IMG/VR virus record: IMGVR_UViG_3300023208_000007
Location: 1-58,038 of that record
DNA: 58,038 bases
Source: a virus
Lineage: Duplodnaviria > Caudoviricetes
Reading direction: 5' to 3' (one strand)
The position numbers were made by a program, and so were the translations under genes. The notes under the pieces were generated by a model. It made no database searches. It was not told the DNA's origin and was given only the letters and a program-made list of their open reading frames with translations. Positions 19,786 through 30,199 of the stretch are shown piece by piece (the stretch's first letter is position 1; each line of letters begins with the position of its first letter).

Positions 19786-20130
19786 ATGAAACTTTCTGTA
19801 GCTGAAAAAATTCAAATTGCAGGTCAGGCAGCTTTAGTCGCTGGCCAACAATGGATAAATGAGCGTGAACCAGAACTTGAAATCCTAAAGTCTGGTGTGA
19901 TGTATGATTTATGTGGAAATGCCCACGTTCGCTTTCGCGATAAGCGACGGCGCGATTACAAAGAATTCAAGGCAGCCGGTTACGTTTCTACTTGCGATGT
20001 AATTGAAATTCCGTATCGTTGGAAACATCGTCAAGAACATGGGTTGCAGTTAGTATGCGCTCAAGCTGCAAAGAGCGCTCTTGAGGCACTTAACGTAGAA
20101 GGGTTGAAACTTTGGGATTACATTGATTAA
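19786..20130 (+). CDS. Hypothetical protein
   Basis: Open ORF after a TATAAT element. Confidence 0.65.
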   Translation: MKLSVAEKIQIAGQAALVAGQQWINEREPELEILKSGVMYDLCGNAHVRFRDKRRRDYKEFKAAGYVSTCDVIEIPYRWKHRQEHGLQLVCAQAAKSALEALNVEGLKLWDYID

Positions 20131-20150
20131 AAAGTAAAATTGACGAAAAT

Positions 20151-20555
20151 ATGGGAACAAATTATTATTATCGAACGGATATCTGCAAGTGCTGCAATAG
20201 ATATACTGAACGTCATATAGGAAAAAAATCTTATGGTTGGGAATTTTCATTTCGCGGCTATCAAGAATATGATGGAGTTACTTTAAAATCTTGGATTGAT
20301 TGGAAAAATTATTTTCAAGCTAATTATGGTAAAGTTTTTAATGAATATGGTGATGAAATAACAATTGATAAATTCATTGAAATAGTTGAAAAATCCCGAG
20401 ATTTGTATATTCCATTTTCAGCACCAGAAGAACCTATAAAAGAATCAATAAAACCGCAAAATCACTTTGATTATTGCCAAGAAAAAGGTTATATTTCTCA
20501 TCTTGATTGGAAAGATGACGCCGGCTGGTCATTTTACAATGGGGAGTTCTCATGA
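20151..20555 (+). CDS. Conserved phage hypothetical protein
   Basis: MGTNYY..CxxC..HIGKKSYGWEF.F..EFS. Confidence 0.7.
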   Translation: MGTNYYYRTDICKCCNRYTERHIGKKSYGWEFSFRGYQEYDGVTLKSWIDWKNYFQANYGKVFNEYGDEITIDKFIEIVEKSRDLYIPFSAPEEPIKESIKPQNHFDYCQEKGYISHLDWKDDAGWSFYNGEFS

Positions 20556-21289
20556 CAACAATTGTTGTTTTTACTGGCGCAGGTGTTAGCGCTGAAAGTG
20601 GATTAAAAACGTTTCGTGATCATAACGGGCTCTGGGAAAATCATGATGTTCATGAAGTTGCCTCTTTACATGGCTTCCGCCGAAATCCACAGCTTGTGTG
20701 GCGTTTCTACCGCGAGCGTCACTTTCAACTTGAAACGGTTAAACCGAACGCAGCTCACGTTGCAATAGCGGAATTTGAAAGATATTGTGAAGAAAAGGGA
20801 ATAGAATTTGTTCTAATTACACAGAACGTTGACAGGTTACACCGACGCGCTGGAAGTAAAAATGTTCTCGAGCTTCACGGCAACCTTCATGATCTGAAGT
20901 GTTCGAGTACATTTGATTGTCCAATACTACCAAGTATTGAAGAAGTTTGGGCATCAGAACAAATAGTTAACTGTGAAGTTTGCAACGGTAAGTACCGACC
21001 TGATATTGTTTGGTTTGGTGAAATTCTTCCTGAAAAAACTCTAGCAATGGCAGCTGGAGCTGCCGAGAGAGCGTCACATTTTGTGACTATCGGAACAAGT
21101 GGTGATGTTTATCCTGCTGCAGACTTACCATTTACCGCTCTCTACAATGGTTCATTTGTTTATGAAGTAAACCCTAAGCAAAACTGGAAATTTCAACAGC
21201 TTCGTGATCATCCATTTTATAAGTGGATTCCAAGCAGCGCAGCAACAGCAGTCCCTGCAGTTCTAAATGAAATAAAGCGAATATTATAA
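20552..21289 (+). CDS. cobB: Sir2 family NAD-dependent deacylase (CobB-like)
   Basis: TGAGVSAESG..TFR, TQNVD.LH, HG, RPDIVWFGE, GTSG.VYPAA. Confidence 0.93.
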   Translation: MTTIVVFTGAGVSAESGLKTFRDHNGLWENHDVHEVASLHGFRRNPQLVWRFYRERHFQLETVKPNAAHVAIAEFERYCEEKGIEFVLITQNVDRLHRRAGSKNVLELHGNLHDLKCSSTFDCPILPSIEEVWASEQIVNCEVCNGKYRPDIVWFGEILPEKTLAMAAGAAERASHFVTIGTSGDVYPAADLPFTALYNGSFVYEVNPKQNWKFQQLRDHPFYKWIPSSAATAVPAVLNEIKRIL

Positions 21290-21325
21290 ATACTTTTTTA
21301 TGACAAAATCATAAGGAGGTATTTT

Positions 21326-21757
21326 ATGATTAATTCAAGAAAAATTTCTGACCTTTTACCTTGCGTTCAAGATAAGGTAAACGCTTTTATTCAAAAATGT
21401 GATGAAGCTGGTATCGATTTACTTGTTACTAGCACTTTTCGAGACACTGAAAGTCAGGCAGTGCTTTATGCTCAAGGTCGTACTACCCCCGGTAAAAAGG
21501 TAACAAACGCAAAACCAGGTTTTTCATGGCATAACTGGCAGTGCGCTGTTGACATTGTTCCACTTCGTAATGGCAAACCAGTTTGGAGTACTAAGCCAGG
21601 CCCAGATTTAGACCTTTGGAATAAAGTTGGCGAAATCGGTGAAAGCTGCGGTTTAGAATGGGCTGGTCGCTGGGTTTCCTTCAAGGAATTCGCCCACTTT
21701 CAATTTACTGGTGGTCTCAAGCTTAAGGACCTTCAGGCGGGCAAGCGAATCTGTTAA
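21326..21757 (+). CDS. M15 family L-alanyl-D-glutamate peptidase (endolysin-like)
   Basis: LYAQGRT.PG..VTNAKPG.SWHN..AVD, WAG.W..EFAHFQ; TATAAATA at 21285. Confidence 0.88.
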   Translation: MINSRKISDLLPCVQDKVNAFIQKCDEAGIDLLVTSTFRDTESQAVLYAQGRTTPGKKVTNAKPGFSWHNWQCAVDIVPLRNGKPVWSTKPGPDLDLWNKVGEIGESCGLEWAGRWVSFKEFAHFQFTGGLKLKDLQAGKRIC

Positions 21758-22485
21758 ATTTTTGCAAATGAGTTAAGACCGGCCTCTATAAGTTCGGTCT
21801 TACACTCAAGCAAATCTTTCTCATCAAGATGTTTGTTCACAATTTCTATTGCTGCTTTTAATTTTTTAGAATTTGGATTAATCGGTTTATTTAATGTATA
21901 TGTCCAAGTTAAATCTTTAATCAATAACAAGCTTAACACACATTCTTCTATTGGGTTTGATGTTAAGTCAAATGTTAGTTCTCTTAAAGATTTTACAGAT
22001 TTATGGAAATTATGAAGGGATTTAAATTTAGATGCATGAAAATGCATTTCTCTAACTTTTTCAAGCTGTGCGTCAAAAGTTATACATGATGGAACAACCA
22101 GATTAATTTTTTCAGCTTCAGCTGGTAGATATTTTAAACTTTTAAGAGATGTTGAATCTATTTTGACATGTCGTTCAACTTCTATTGGGCTACCGAATAA
22201 AGTATCAATTAAAATTGATTCAATTGTAAAAATTTCGCATTTACGAATCTTAAATGGTAACCGCGCTCCCTCATTGGTATTTTTAAGCGAGTAACTAAAA
22301 TACATCGACTCTAGAAATGTTAGCTCAGTCCAAGGTCCGTCTTCATTGAAGCTTGCAAATTTAAAGATTTCATTATCTGAATATCCCATCTTTTTAAGAT
22401 AGCCGATTATATCTTCTTTTGTTTTACACATCCAATCACCGTTTTCGATAGAACCTTCTTTCAAAAACTTTTTAAAGTTTTGCAT
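21754..22485 (-). CDS. LRR-like late protein, paralog of 22472-23170
   Basis: MQNFKKFLKE N-terminus; shared C-terminus NKHL.EKD.LECKTELIE.G. Confidence 0.75.
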   Translation of the reverse strand: MQNFKKFLKEGSIENGDWMCKTKEDIIGYLKKMGYSDNEIFKFASFNEDGPWTELTFLESMYFSYSLKNTNEGARLPFKIRKCEIFTIESILIDTLFGSPIEVERHVKIDSTSLKSLKYLPAEAEKINLVVPSCITFDAQLEKVREMHFHASKFKSLHNFHKSVKSLRELTFDLTSNPIEECVLSLLLIKDLTWTYTLNKPINPNSKKLKAAIEIVNKHLDEKDLLECKTELIEAGLNSFAKI

Positions 22486-23170
22486 ACGCGCTAAATCCGT
22501 TTTCAATTAGTTCTGTTTTACATTCAAGAATATCTTTTTCTATAAGATGTTTGTTAATTATTTTGAATGGCTCAGGATATTTTATATGAAATGAAATTGA
22601 CTGTAGCTCTTTAACTAGCAAAAGACTTAAAATTGATTCTGTTATTTTATTTTGCCCAAATCCTAGAGTAAAAACTTTTGGAAACGATCTATGAAAATTA
22701 TGTAGAGATGGAAAAGTAGTCATCAAAAGTTGAAGATTATTAACAAATTCATTTTTACATTCTATTGATTTTACATTTTCAACCCAAAGAAAAGCATTTT
22801 GAGTAATTTCTTTAGGAAAATGCTCTAGTGATATTAAATCAGGCGAGTCGAGACTAAAATCGCCTTCAACAAGTTCAGGAATACCAAGTAACGTTCCTAA
22901 TTTAGAATCTTCAGAAATGGTGAAGTTATAAGAACGCTTCATCATGAATGGCATTCCCTTTTTACCGGCACCAGTGTCAACCAGATAACGATCATAGATT
23001 TCATTTCTTGAATGTATGATTTTACCTTGATTGTTAATAACCCAGGAATTGCTAATAAAAGCATTTGAAAGTCCTAAGCCTTTCAAAAATGCAATTATGT
23101 CATCAGTATTTTTGAACATCCAGCTTCCTGGTTGATCTTGCTCTTCTTTTAAAAAATCTAAAAAACGCAT
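22472..23170 (-). CDS. LRR-like late protein, paralog of 21754-22485
   Basis: MRFLDFLKEE N-terminus; SLEHFPKEI and SLHNFH repeats. Confidence 0.75.
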   Translation of the reverse strand: MRFLDFLKEEQDQPGSWMFKNTDDIIAFLKGLGLSNAFISNSWVINNQGKIIHSRNEIYDRYLVDTGAGKKGMPFMMKRSYNFTISEDSKLGTLLGIPELVEGDFSLDSPDLISLEHFPKEITQNAFLWVENVKSIECKNEFVNNLQLLMTTFPSLHNFHRSFPKVFTLGFGQNKITESILSLLLVKELQSISFHIKYPEPFKIINKHLIEKDILECKTELIENGFSAYAKL

Positions 23171-23230
23171 TGTTTATACCAAAAGAGTATTTTTTTCTTA
23201 TTTATTTGATCGAGTAGAAAGGTCATAAAT

Positions 23231-23740
23231 ATGACATATCAATCAAATAATTTAAAGCAAATTATGAAAGAAAATTTAACAAATGCAGAAACAAGAATTG
23301 CGAATGAAATTTCAAAGCATATTTTTCGTGTTCAAATTTATATGTCGAAAGCTATAAAAGATCTAATGAATAGATTAGTAGTTCATGACAGAACAAAGCT
23401 GTGTAGTGATGAAATTCATGGTTATGCAAAAATTAAAAAAGATATGGATAAAATAGAGTACGGCTCTGAAGAATACTTTAAAAATCTTGAAATCTTAAGA
23501 GAAACACTTAATGCTCACTATCGAATGAATCAGCATCATCCTGAGCACTTCACTAATGGAATTGAAGGAATGACGTTGATCGATTTGTTAGAAATGACGT
23601 GCGACTGGATTGCGTCATCAGAGCTTTCAAAAAATGGAAATCCATACAGGTCACTTGAGTTTCAACAAAAACGATTTAAAATAGATGATCAACTTTACAA
23701 AATCATAGAAAATACGATAAAAACTATAAGTAACGAATAA
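23231..23740 (+). CDS. DUF5662-like (HD-related) protein
   Basis: HDRTK, HYRMN.HHPEH, MTLIDLLEM.CDW. Confidence 0.75.
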   Translation: MTYQSNNLKQIMKENLTNAETRIANEISKHIFRVQIYMSKAIKDLMNRLVVHDRTKLCSDEIHGYAKIKKDMDKIEYGSEEYFKNLEILRETLNAHYRMNQHHPEHFTNGIEGMTLIDLLEMTCDWIASSELSKNGNPYRSLEFQQKRFKIDDQLYKIIENTIKTISNE

Positions 23741-23802
23741 AAACTTGTACATTTTGGATAGTTATGTTATAATATGCTTAGACTAACTAACTGAGAACTC
23801 CA

Positions 23803-24258
23803 ATGAAAAAGGTTTACGCAGTTTCGTCTTCAATCGAATCTCCTTCAACTTTCGCAAATATTTTTGTAGGTACGATGGAGGCATTTTCGCGTCGGGCACA
23901 TTTTCAAGTTACTTCAGAAGAAGAAATGCTAGATGTAGCAAAAGCACTTTTTGGTAACGATGTTTATGTGAATGAAGTAACTGCTGACGTTGACACCATC
24001 GATCTGGCCTTTGATGATACTCAAGGTGAAGAGATAATGTCAAGCGCACCGGTTAGTTCACCTCTTAACATTGAGTTGGATAAAACCATTGATTTTGACA
24101 GCATCATTCAACAGGAAATTGAATCTTTTAATCGCAAAGATGATTTGGGATTTCCGATTAGTGTTGAGCTCTTGAAGAGCGAACCTTTGATGTACACGAT
24201 AATTTGTATGTCAATCCAGAATGATATTTATAATGCAAAGTCTGCTCCTAAGCATTAA
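23803..24258 (+). CDS. Hypothetical acidic protein
   Basis: Early promoter at 23746. Confidence 0.65.
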   Translation: MKKVYAVSSSIESPSTFANIFVGTMEAFSRRAHFQVTSEEEMLDVAKALFGNDVYVNEVTADVDTIDLAFDDTQGEEIMSSAPVSSPLNIELDKTIDFDSIIQQEIESFNRKDDLGFPISVELLKSEPLMYTIICMSIQNDIYNAKSAPKH

Positions 24259-24458
24259 AGCTGGAGGTTACAACGATGAATCTAGGAGACGCTGTTACCA
24301 CTTCATTACGAATTCTCCATGACGCACACGGAGAATTATCTGAACACCAACAAAAAGAGCTTGATTGGATTCATTCGCAGCTTTGTGAAGACGATCAACA
24401 AATGTTAAGTTTAGCAATTTTAACTTCACAACTTATGGCTCGCTCTAATTCATAAACT

Positions 24459-24785
24459 ATGAAAATAAAAAACGTTGATTTTACGCTCCACACAGATGGT
24501 AGCGGTCTCTGGTCAACTCACGCGACATCAATTCAAATTGTTGCGATTGAGCTTGACGATAATAGGTGGTCTCCTGAACTTTTGGTTTATTTTAAACCAA
24601 ATGAGTGGGACGTTAATCAGCACGGATTAATCTACACTGATAAACTTTTCAAGAAAGAGCTTCGTGAAGAACTTGCAAAGCTTGGAATGGCGAGTGAAGA
24701 AATTGAGTACAGTGAACAAGGAATGCAAGGTCTTGAATTTGTAAGTTTGGATGTTGATCAGAAATTTGTAAATAGTTGGATATAA
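24459..24785 (+). CDS. Conserved phage hypothetical protein
   Basis: TDGSGLWS..GLIYTD..YSEQGMQG..VSLDV. Confidence 0.7.
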   Translation: MKIKNVDFTLHTDGSGLWSTHATSIQIVAIELDDNRWSPELLVYFKPNEWDVNQHGLIYTDKLFKKELREELAKLGMASEEIEYSEQGMQGLEFVSLDVDQKFVNSWI

Positions 24786-24787
24786 AA

Positions 24788-25063
24788 ATGAGTGAAATTT
24801 ACGTAACACTTCCTTCTAATTTTATAGCGATGTATTACTCTGGTTATTTTTATAATCTTGACGACTGTAAGCTGTATTCTCTTAAAGTCAAAGGAGTATT
24901 AAAGCCGCTCAAACACCAGAAACCATCAATTCACAATCACATGGAACCTGGTTACCAAGTTTCAGTTCACGGGTATCGACGATACATTAGTGACAAAATG
25001 ATTGATGAAGCAATTGAACGTTCAAAAGTCAAGACAGTCATACCTGTTCAAAAAATGAAATAA
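24788..25063 (+). CDS. Hypothetical protein
   Basis: Operonic ORF. Confidence 0.6.
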   Translation: MSEIYVTLPSNFIAMYYSGYFYNLDDCKLYSLKVKGVLKPLKHQKPSIHNHMEPGYQVSVHGYRRYISDKMIDEAIERSKVKTVIPVQKMK

Positions 25064-25075
25064 AGGAAAAATAAA

Positions 25076-26287
25076 ATGTCAAATTTCGCAGTAAAAATTC
25101 AACGAATTTTTATCAAGCCGCACTCTAACGCTGACGCTCTTGAGCTTGGTAATATTGGTTCGCCCGATGGCTGGCAGGTTGTGGTGAAAAGGGGCCAGTA
25201 CAAAACTGGAGATCTAGTCGCGTACATCGGCGAGAACAGTGTAGTATGTGAAAACACTCTTCGTAAGTATGGTTTTTGGAATGAAGAGAAGAATATTGGA
25301 ATGCTCGCTGGCAGTAAGGGTGACCGCGTAAAGGCCATCCGTCTCCGCGGGGAATTCAGTCTTGGAATTTGTATTCCTGTGAAGGAAAATTTTGGTGGAT
25401 ATTATTCGATTCCGCACTGTGATGACGGTGAGGATAGAATTGTTAATGAAGGTGAGAATGTTGATTTTATTCTCGGTGTATCTAAGTACGAACCGCCAAT
25501 ACCTATTGCTTTGGCTGGGGAAGTTTTCAATCTTGGACAACATCTCACCGTTGATTATGACATTGAAAACATTAAAAATTATCCAGATGTTTTGGTTGAG
25601 GGTGAAGAAGTTCAATGCACCATCAAAATTCACGGCACCAACTTGCAATTGATCTACCTTCCAAATATCAATGACATGGCTCCTCACGTTCACGAAGAGC
25701 TGCTCTTTATTGACAACGTGTTAGCTAACGATGAAGATAATACTTCTGGTTTTGTAGGAGTTGTTTCTAAAGGCTTAGGTGCTCAAGGATTGTGCTTTAA
25801 GTGGAATGAAGCCAATAAAAATAATGTTTATCAGCGTGCGGTTCATAATCAATTATCTCATATTGTTCGCGCGCTAAATCAAGCAGAATTCAAAGAACCG
25901 GTTGTTATAATGGGAGAAGTCTTCGGCGAAGGAATTCAAGATTTGACATACGGCGTGAAAAGGGGAAATATTGGATTTAAAGTATTTGATATCTATGTCG
26001 GTTTTCGAAACGCTGGAAGATTTTTGAATGATGATGAACTTGATCAATTATGTGCACTGCTAGAGCTTCCAAGAGTTGAAGTTGTTTATCGTGGACCATT
26101 CAGCAAAGCAAAAATTGATGAATTGGTTCAAGGCGTTTATGATACTTTTGACGGTAAAAAAGAAGTACGTGAAGGTGTCGTTATTAAACCAGTCATTGAA
26201 CGTCGAGATAGCGGACTTGGCCGAGTTGTTTTGAAATCGATTAACGAGTCATATCTGCTTCGGAAAGGCGGAACAGAATATAACTAA
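25076..26287 (+). CDS. RNA ligase, DRB0094 (Rnl5) family
   Basis: N-terminal HSNADALE..GWQVVVK..RLRGEFS.G; KIHGTN motif I; GEVFGEGIQ, FKVFDI, REGVVIK, LKSI. Confidence 0.9.
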   Translation: MSNFAVKIQRIFIKPHSNADALELGNIGSPDGWQVVVKRGQYKTGDLVAYIGENSVVCENTLRKYGFWNEEKNIGMLAGSKGDRVKAIRLRGEFSLGICIPVKENFGGYYSIPHCDDGEDRIVNEGENVDFILGVSKYEPPIPIALAGEVFNLGQHLTVDYDIENIKNYPDVLVEGEEVQCTIKIHGTNLQLIYLPNINDMAPHVHEELLFIDNVLANDEDNTSGFVGVVSKGLGAQGLCFKWNEANKNNVYQRAVHNQLSHIVRALNQAEFKEPVVIMGEVFGEGIQDLTYGVKRGNIGFKVFDIYVGFRNAGRFLNDDELDQLCALLELPRVEVVYRGPFSKAKIDELVQGVYDTFDGKKEVREGVVIKPVIERRDSGLGRVVLKSINESYLLRKGGTEYN

Positions 26288-26335
26288 AATTTCCGCTATA
26301 AATAGCTCCTGAATAAAAAGGAAAAAAGGAGCAAA

Positions 26336-26929
26336 ATGAAATTATATGAATTACACGAAAGCGTTAATACACCGATTATTGTAGTAGACGTTCAACCAGA
26401 GTACGCGTCGTTTGCCAAAAAAATAGTCAATAGAGGGCTCTTTGACTATTTAAATGAACAACGAGGTCCTATCTTGGCATTTTTTAATGGTGAAGAAACA
26501 ACCAATGATTCAAAGCAAGAGGTTGTTGATTATTGGATTGAAAATGGATTTGATCCAGATGAACTCGATAAAATAGAATGGCATAACAAAACTTACGGGT
26601 ATTTTCGCGATTGGATGGCAGGTCCTGATCATGGAGTTGATATAAGTGATTCTTTGATAATTAAGGTAATTCGTGAAATGTATCAAAAGCGAATTAGTGA
26701 TTCGCAAGATTTTGATGATGAAGAATTACTTTCCTTAGTTGGCGAGGAAATTTTTGACTACTGCAAAAACTACTCAATTTGGTTACCGTCAATTGCAGTT
26801 ACAAAGTTGCGTGACTACACCAACTCATACATTTGTGGCGGAGCTCGTCATGAGTGTTTACGTGAAATCACATTGCTAATGAATGCGTTCAACATCAAAT
26901 ACAAAATGATTGATAAGTTTGTTTATTAA
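26336..26929 (+). CDS. Cysteine hydrolase (isochorismatase-fold)-like late protein
   Basis: IIVVDVQP; ICGG..ECLREI; TATAAATA at 26297; MKLYELHES N-terminus. Confidence 0.6.
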   Translation: MKLYELHESVNTPIIVVDVQPEYASFAKKIVNRGLFDYLNEQRGPILAFFNGEETTNDSKQEVVDYWIENGFDPDELDKIEWHNKTYGYFRDWMAGPDHGVDISDSLIIKVIREMYQKRISDSQDFDDEELLSLVGEEIFDYCKNYSIWLPSIAVTKLRDYTNSYICGGARHECLREITLLMNAFNIKYKMIDKFVY

Positions 26930-26938
26930 TGGTGAAAT

Positions 26939-27337
26939 ATGGAAGCTCCTTCTTTTAAGATTGCGACAGAATTTGAAAATAAAGATTGCATTGTTTATAA
27001 AGCACAGTGCGCGTGCTTTCATCCAAATGATGATCAAACAATTGAAGTAACTTATATTCCTGATATTGATTCGGTGAATATAAGCATTTCAACAAAGGTC
27101 TTTTTTGACGTGAATAATCATTCACTTACTCAAAAAACACCAATTTCTTTCTTTCAAGGAATGAAAGATCGTATGAAGGCTGCTTGGTCAATTATGACGA
27201 CAGGCCGAGCAACCTATGAAACGGAATTTGTATTCGAAAATTCTCGTCATCTTAATGACTATACTCTTGCACTTCTTTACGCGCTTAAAAAAATGAAAAA
27301 CCGTGTAAAAAAAGATGAAGAAGTAGTGTACGATTGA
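26939..27337 (+). CDS. Hypothetical protein
   Basis: Operonic ORF with CACFH. Confidence 0.65.
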   Translation: MEAPSFKIATEFENKDCIVYKAQCACFHPNDDQTIEVTYIPDIDSVNISISTKVFFDVNNHSLTQKTPISFFQGMKDRMKAAWSIMTTGRATYETEFVFENSRHLNDYTLALLYALKKMKNRVKKDEEVVYD

Positions 27338-27750
27338 GCTTTTTGGTTAATAATTAATTTTACGAAAGCGATGTTATAGAATAAATTTTCAATATAAAAT
27401 AGTATATCTATTAAAAATATTGGAGATTTAAATGAAAGATCGTCGCAAAAATGTAAATGCAGGTGTTATCTTAGCAAGCGTAAGTGCGCTAGCTGTTTTG
27501 ATTGTGGTTATAAGTTCAATTGTTTATTTGCAATTTCCAACCTGAGGAAACGACAATGTTTGATGATGAACCTGAAGTTTACGCCAACGAAGTTAATCGC
27601 AGCTTTCTGCCAATTATCGAGAATGAAGATGAAGATTTCAACGAAAATCTTGATGACCTCGGTGTTGACATTGACTTTGATACCGATTACTAATGTACAT
27701 TTTACACTGTCTAATTTATAATGTAGTGTAATTTTAACTTGGAGTCTAAG

Positions 27751-29028
27751 ATGACTGAAAAATTTGTTCCAAAAACTTTTGGGCCTCGACCTGCGCATAT
27801 TGCAACTCCCGCACCAGAAAAAGGAACAGCAATTACGGTAAACGCGCCTCATCGCGAAACTTTTAAGCCTGTTACTCAGCAGCAAATTCGCGCAACTGGA
27901 ACTACAAATCCGAAAGCTGCTGCGTTGTTGTTGGTAATCGATACGCCGACTGGCGTTCTTGATTTTGGTCGTGAAGTAATGGATAAGATCGCGCAGCATT
28001 CTGACACAGCTCTTGAAGCTGTTAAAGACGCTGATGTTACTTTTGTGCATGATCAAATTACAAGTATCATTTCGATGGCAAAGTCTGTTGGAACGTCCGG
28101 TAATGGTGAAAAGAAAAAGAGCTGGTCTCTTGGCTCTTTGATCGACGCTTTCCACGACAAGAGCATTTCATTGAAGGAACAGGTTGAAGCTCAATTCAGC
28201 ACTGTCTCCGCACAAATGGATAAAGTTGTCACACAGGTTGACGCAGCAAATACTCGTATTCTTGACAAGCTAAATAGCTTGCAGCTGCTTTATAAGCAGA
28301 ATTTGGACGAATATACTAATCTTGGTCAGTTGGTTATTGCTGCTGAAGAGGCGTATAAAGTTCGTGAGCAGCAAATTTGTACATTGAAGCAAGAAGCTGG
28401 TACTGACATAGCGAAGCTTGAGGAAATCAAGCGCTGCGAATCAACTCTTTTGCGGCTTGACAAGAAAATCACAAATCTTAAAAAGTTTCAGATGATGGCG
28501 ATTCAAAATGCACCCGACATCAGCCAGATGATGGACGATGCTGTCACCTTGATTGACAAGTTCCATGATATCAAGACAATGACAATCCCGCTTTGGAAGC
28601 GTAACGTACGCAAGTATATTGACTCCATGGAGCTGAAGAAGGCATCTGACCTGGAACGCACCATCAATGACGCCAACAATGCCATGATGATTCACAGCTC
28701 TGATCAGCTTAAGGCAAATGCCATTGCAACTGCAAAAGCCAACAACCGCGATGTAGTTGATGACAGCACGCTTGAGCATATTCACGGCAACCTAATCAAC
28801 ATGTTGGCTGAAGTTGCCGATATCAACGACAAAGGCATTGAACAGCGTCGAAATTCTGTTGAGCGCATGGATGAAATGACACGTATGTATGGCAACATTG
28901 CATCTGGCCGCCAAACTCCGCAAGACGCTAAGAAAGAAAATGACGCACGTCTTCCTGGCGGAGCTGGCTCTATCAATGTTGTTGAAAACAGTGGCGTTAA
29001 AGGTTTCATTTCAAAACTCACGGGGTAA
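27751..29028 (+). CDS. telA: Toxic anion resistance protein (TelA/KlaA family)
   Basis: Long coiled coil; Q.APDI..TIPLWK motif; Ter-cluster context. Confidence 0.75.
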   Translation: MTEKFVPKTFGPRPAHIATPAPEKGTAITVNAPHRETFKPVTQQQIRATGTTNPKAAALLLVIDTPTGVLDFGREVMDKIAQHSDTALEAVKDADVTFVHDQITSIISMAKSVGTSGNGEKKKSWSLGSLIDAFHDKSISLKEQVEAQFSTVSAQMDKVVTQVDAANTRILDKLNSLQLLYKQNLDEYTNLGQLVIAAEEAYKVREQQICTLKQEAGTDIAKLEEIKRCESTLLRLDKKITNLKKFQMMAIQNAPDISQMMDDAVTLIDKFHDIKTMTIPLWKRNVRKYIDSMELKKASDLERTINDANNAMMIHSSDQLKANAIATAKANNRDVVDDSTLEHIHGNLINMLAEVADINDKGIEQRRNSVERMDEMTRMYGNIASGRQTPQDAKKENDARLPGGAGSINVVENSGVKGFISKLTG

Positions 29029-29030
29029 TT

Positions 29031-29474
29031 ATGTTGCTAGAAAAAATACGAGCTGATTCTCTTGTCGCACGTAAACAAAAAGAAGTATCGGCAGCTTTTT
29101 TGGTCACACTTCTGTCTGAAGCACAGAATATCGGTAAGAACAAAGGCAATCGTGAAACAACTGATGAGGAAGTTATTGCGCTTGTTAAGAAATTCAAGCT
29201 TAACAGTCAGGAGTTGTTAAAAGCGCTCGTTGAGCAAGGCCGTGCATTTAGTTATGCATATATTGCAGCAGAACAGGAAATTGAATATTTGGACAGTTTG
29301 CTACCAAAGCAACTTTCTGAGCAGGAACTTACTGCGATTCTTCAAGACATTATCAAAGAAATTGGTAATGACAAGAAGAACATGGGCAAAGTTATGGCAA
29401 AGCTCAAGGAAGAATACTTTGGAAAGTACGACGGTGCTCAAGCTTCTGCTTTGGTGAAAAAGCTTCTAAATTAA
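29031..29474 (+). CDS. GatB/YqeY domain protein
   Basis: TDEEVI..EIEYL..LPKQLS..MGKVM..DG..VK. Confidence 0.88.
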   Translation: MLLEKIRADSLVARKQKEVSAAFLVTLLSEAQNIGKNKGNRETTDEEVIALVKKFKLNSQELLKALVEQGRAFSYAYIAAEQEIEYLDSLLPKQLSEQELTAILQDIIKEIGNDKKNMGKVMAKLKEEYFGKYDGAQASALVKKLLN

Positions 29475-29494
29475 TTTTTCGTTGAGAATCTTTG

Positions 29495-30199
29495 ATGACT
29501 ATCAAGCATATTAGCTTTGATTTCTACAATACGTTTGCAACTCCAAATCCAACATTTGCAAAAGAGCGAAATGATTTACTAGCAAATCTTTTCGGTCTTA
29601 CTGATGATGAAATTAAAAAAATCTACAAAACGCTCAAGGATTTTTATGATTCTTGTGCGGCACAAGATGGAGTTGCTGGAACTCCAATCCTGGCATGGTC
29701 TAGTTTTCTCGACGTGTTAAATGAAAATTTTGACAGCATGGACGCATGGCAAATTACATCTCCCGTTGCCATTTATAATGATGTTGCTGAATTGTTTGTT
29801 CAGTATCCACCCTCACTTGCGCCAAATATTGAAACACTGCTTGATCGTCTGTCTCAAGATAACATCACGTTTAGCATTACGAGCAATACTAATTTTGTCG
29901 GTGGATATGTTTTAGATCAAGTTATTTATGACATGTTAATAAATGTTAGTCCAGACCAGTGGTTTACTCTGTATTCAGACGATGTTGGAGTTTCAAAACC
30001 GCATCGAATAATTTTTGAAACCATGTTTTCAACTCTCAATCTCGCACGTAGAGACGTTCAGAAATCTGAAGTTCTCCATGTTGGCGATATGCAAGAAACT
30101 GATATTGTTGGTGCTGAGCAATTCGGCATTAATGCGCTTTTGATTTCTAACCCTGATGAACTCGTTGAAAAAGTAGGAGCTTACCTTAATGATGCATAA
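29495..30199 (+). CDS. HAD family hydrolase
   Basis: SFDFYNT, SNT, SKP, HVGD..TDI.GA. Confidence 0.85.
   Translation: MTIKHISFDFYNTFATPNPTFAKERNDLLANLFGLTDDEIKKIYKTLKDFYDSCAAQDGVAGTPILAWSSFLDVLNENFDSMDAWQITSPVAIYNDVAELFVQYPPSLAPNIETLLDRLSQDNITFSITSNTNFVGGYVLDQVIYDMLINVSPDQWFTLYSDDVGVSKPHRIIFETMFSTLNLARRDVQKSEVLHVGDMQETDIVGAEQFGINALLISNPDELVEKVGAYLNDA

Noticed and set aside
27508-28155. 215-aa minus-strand ORF and similar antisense ORFs (14626, 37568, 25214, 34019)
   Set aside because: They are antisense shadows of well-supported plus-strand genes.
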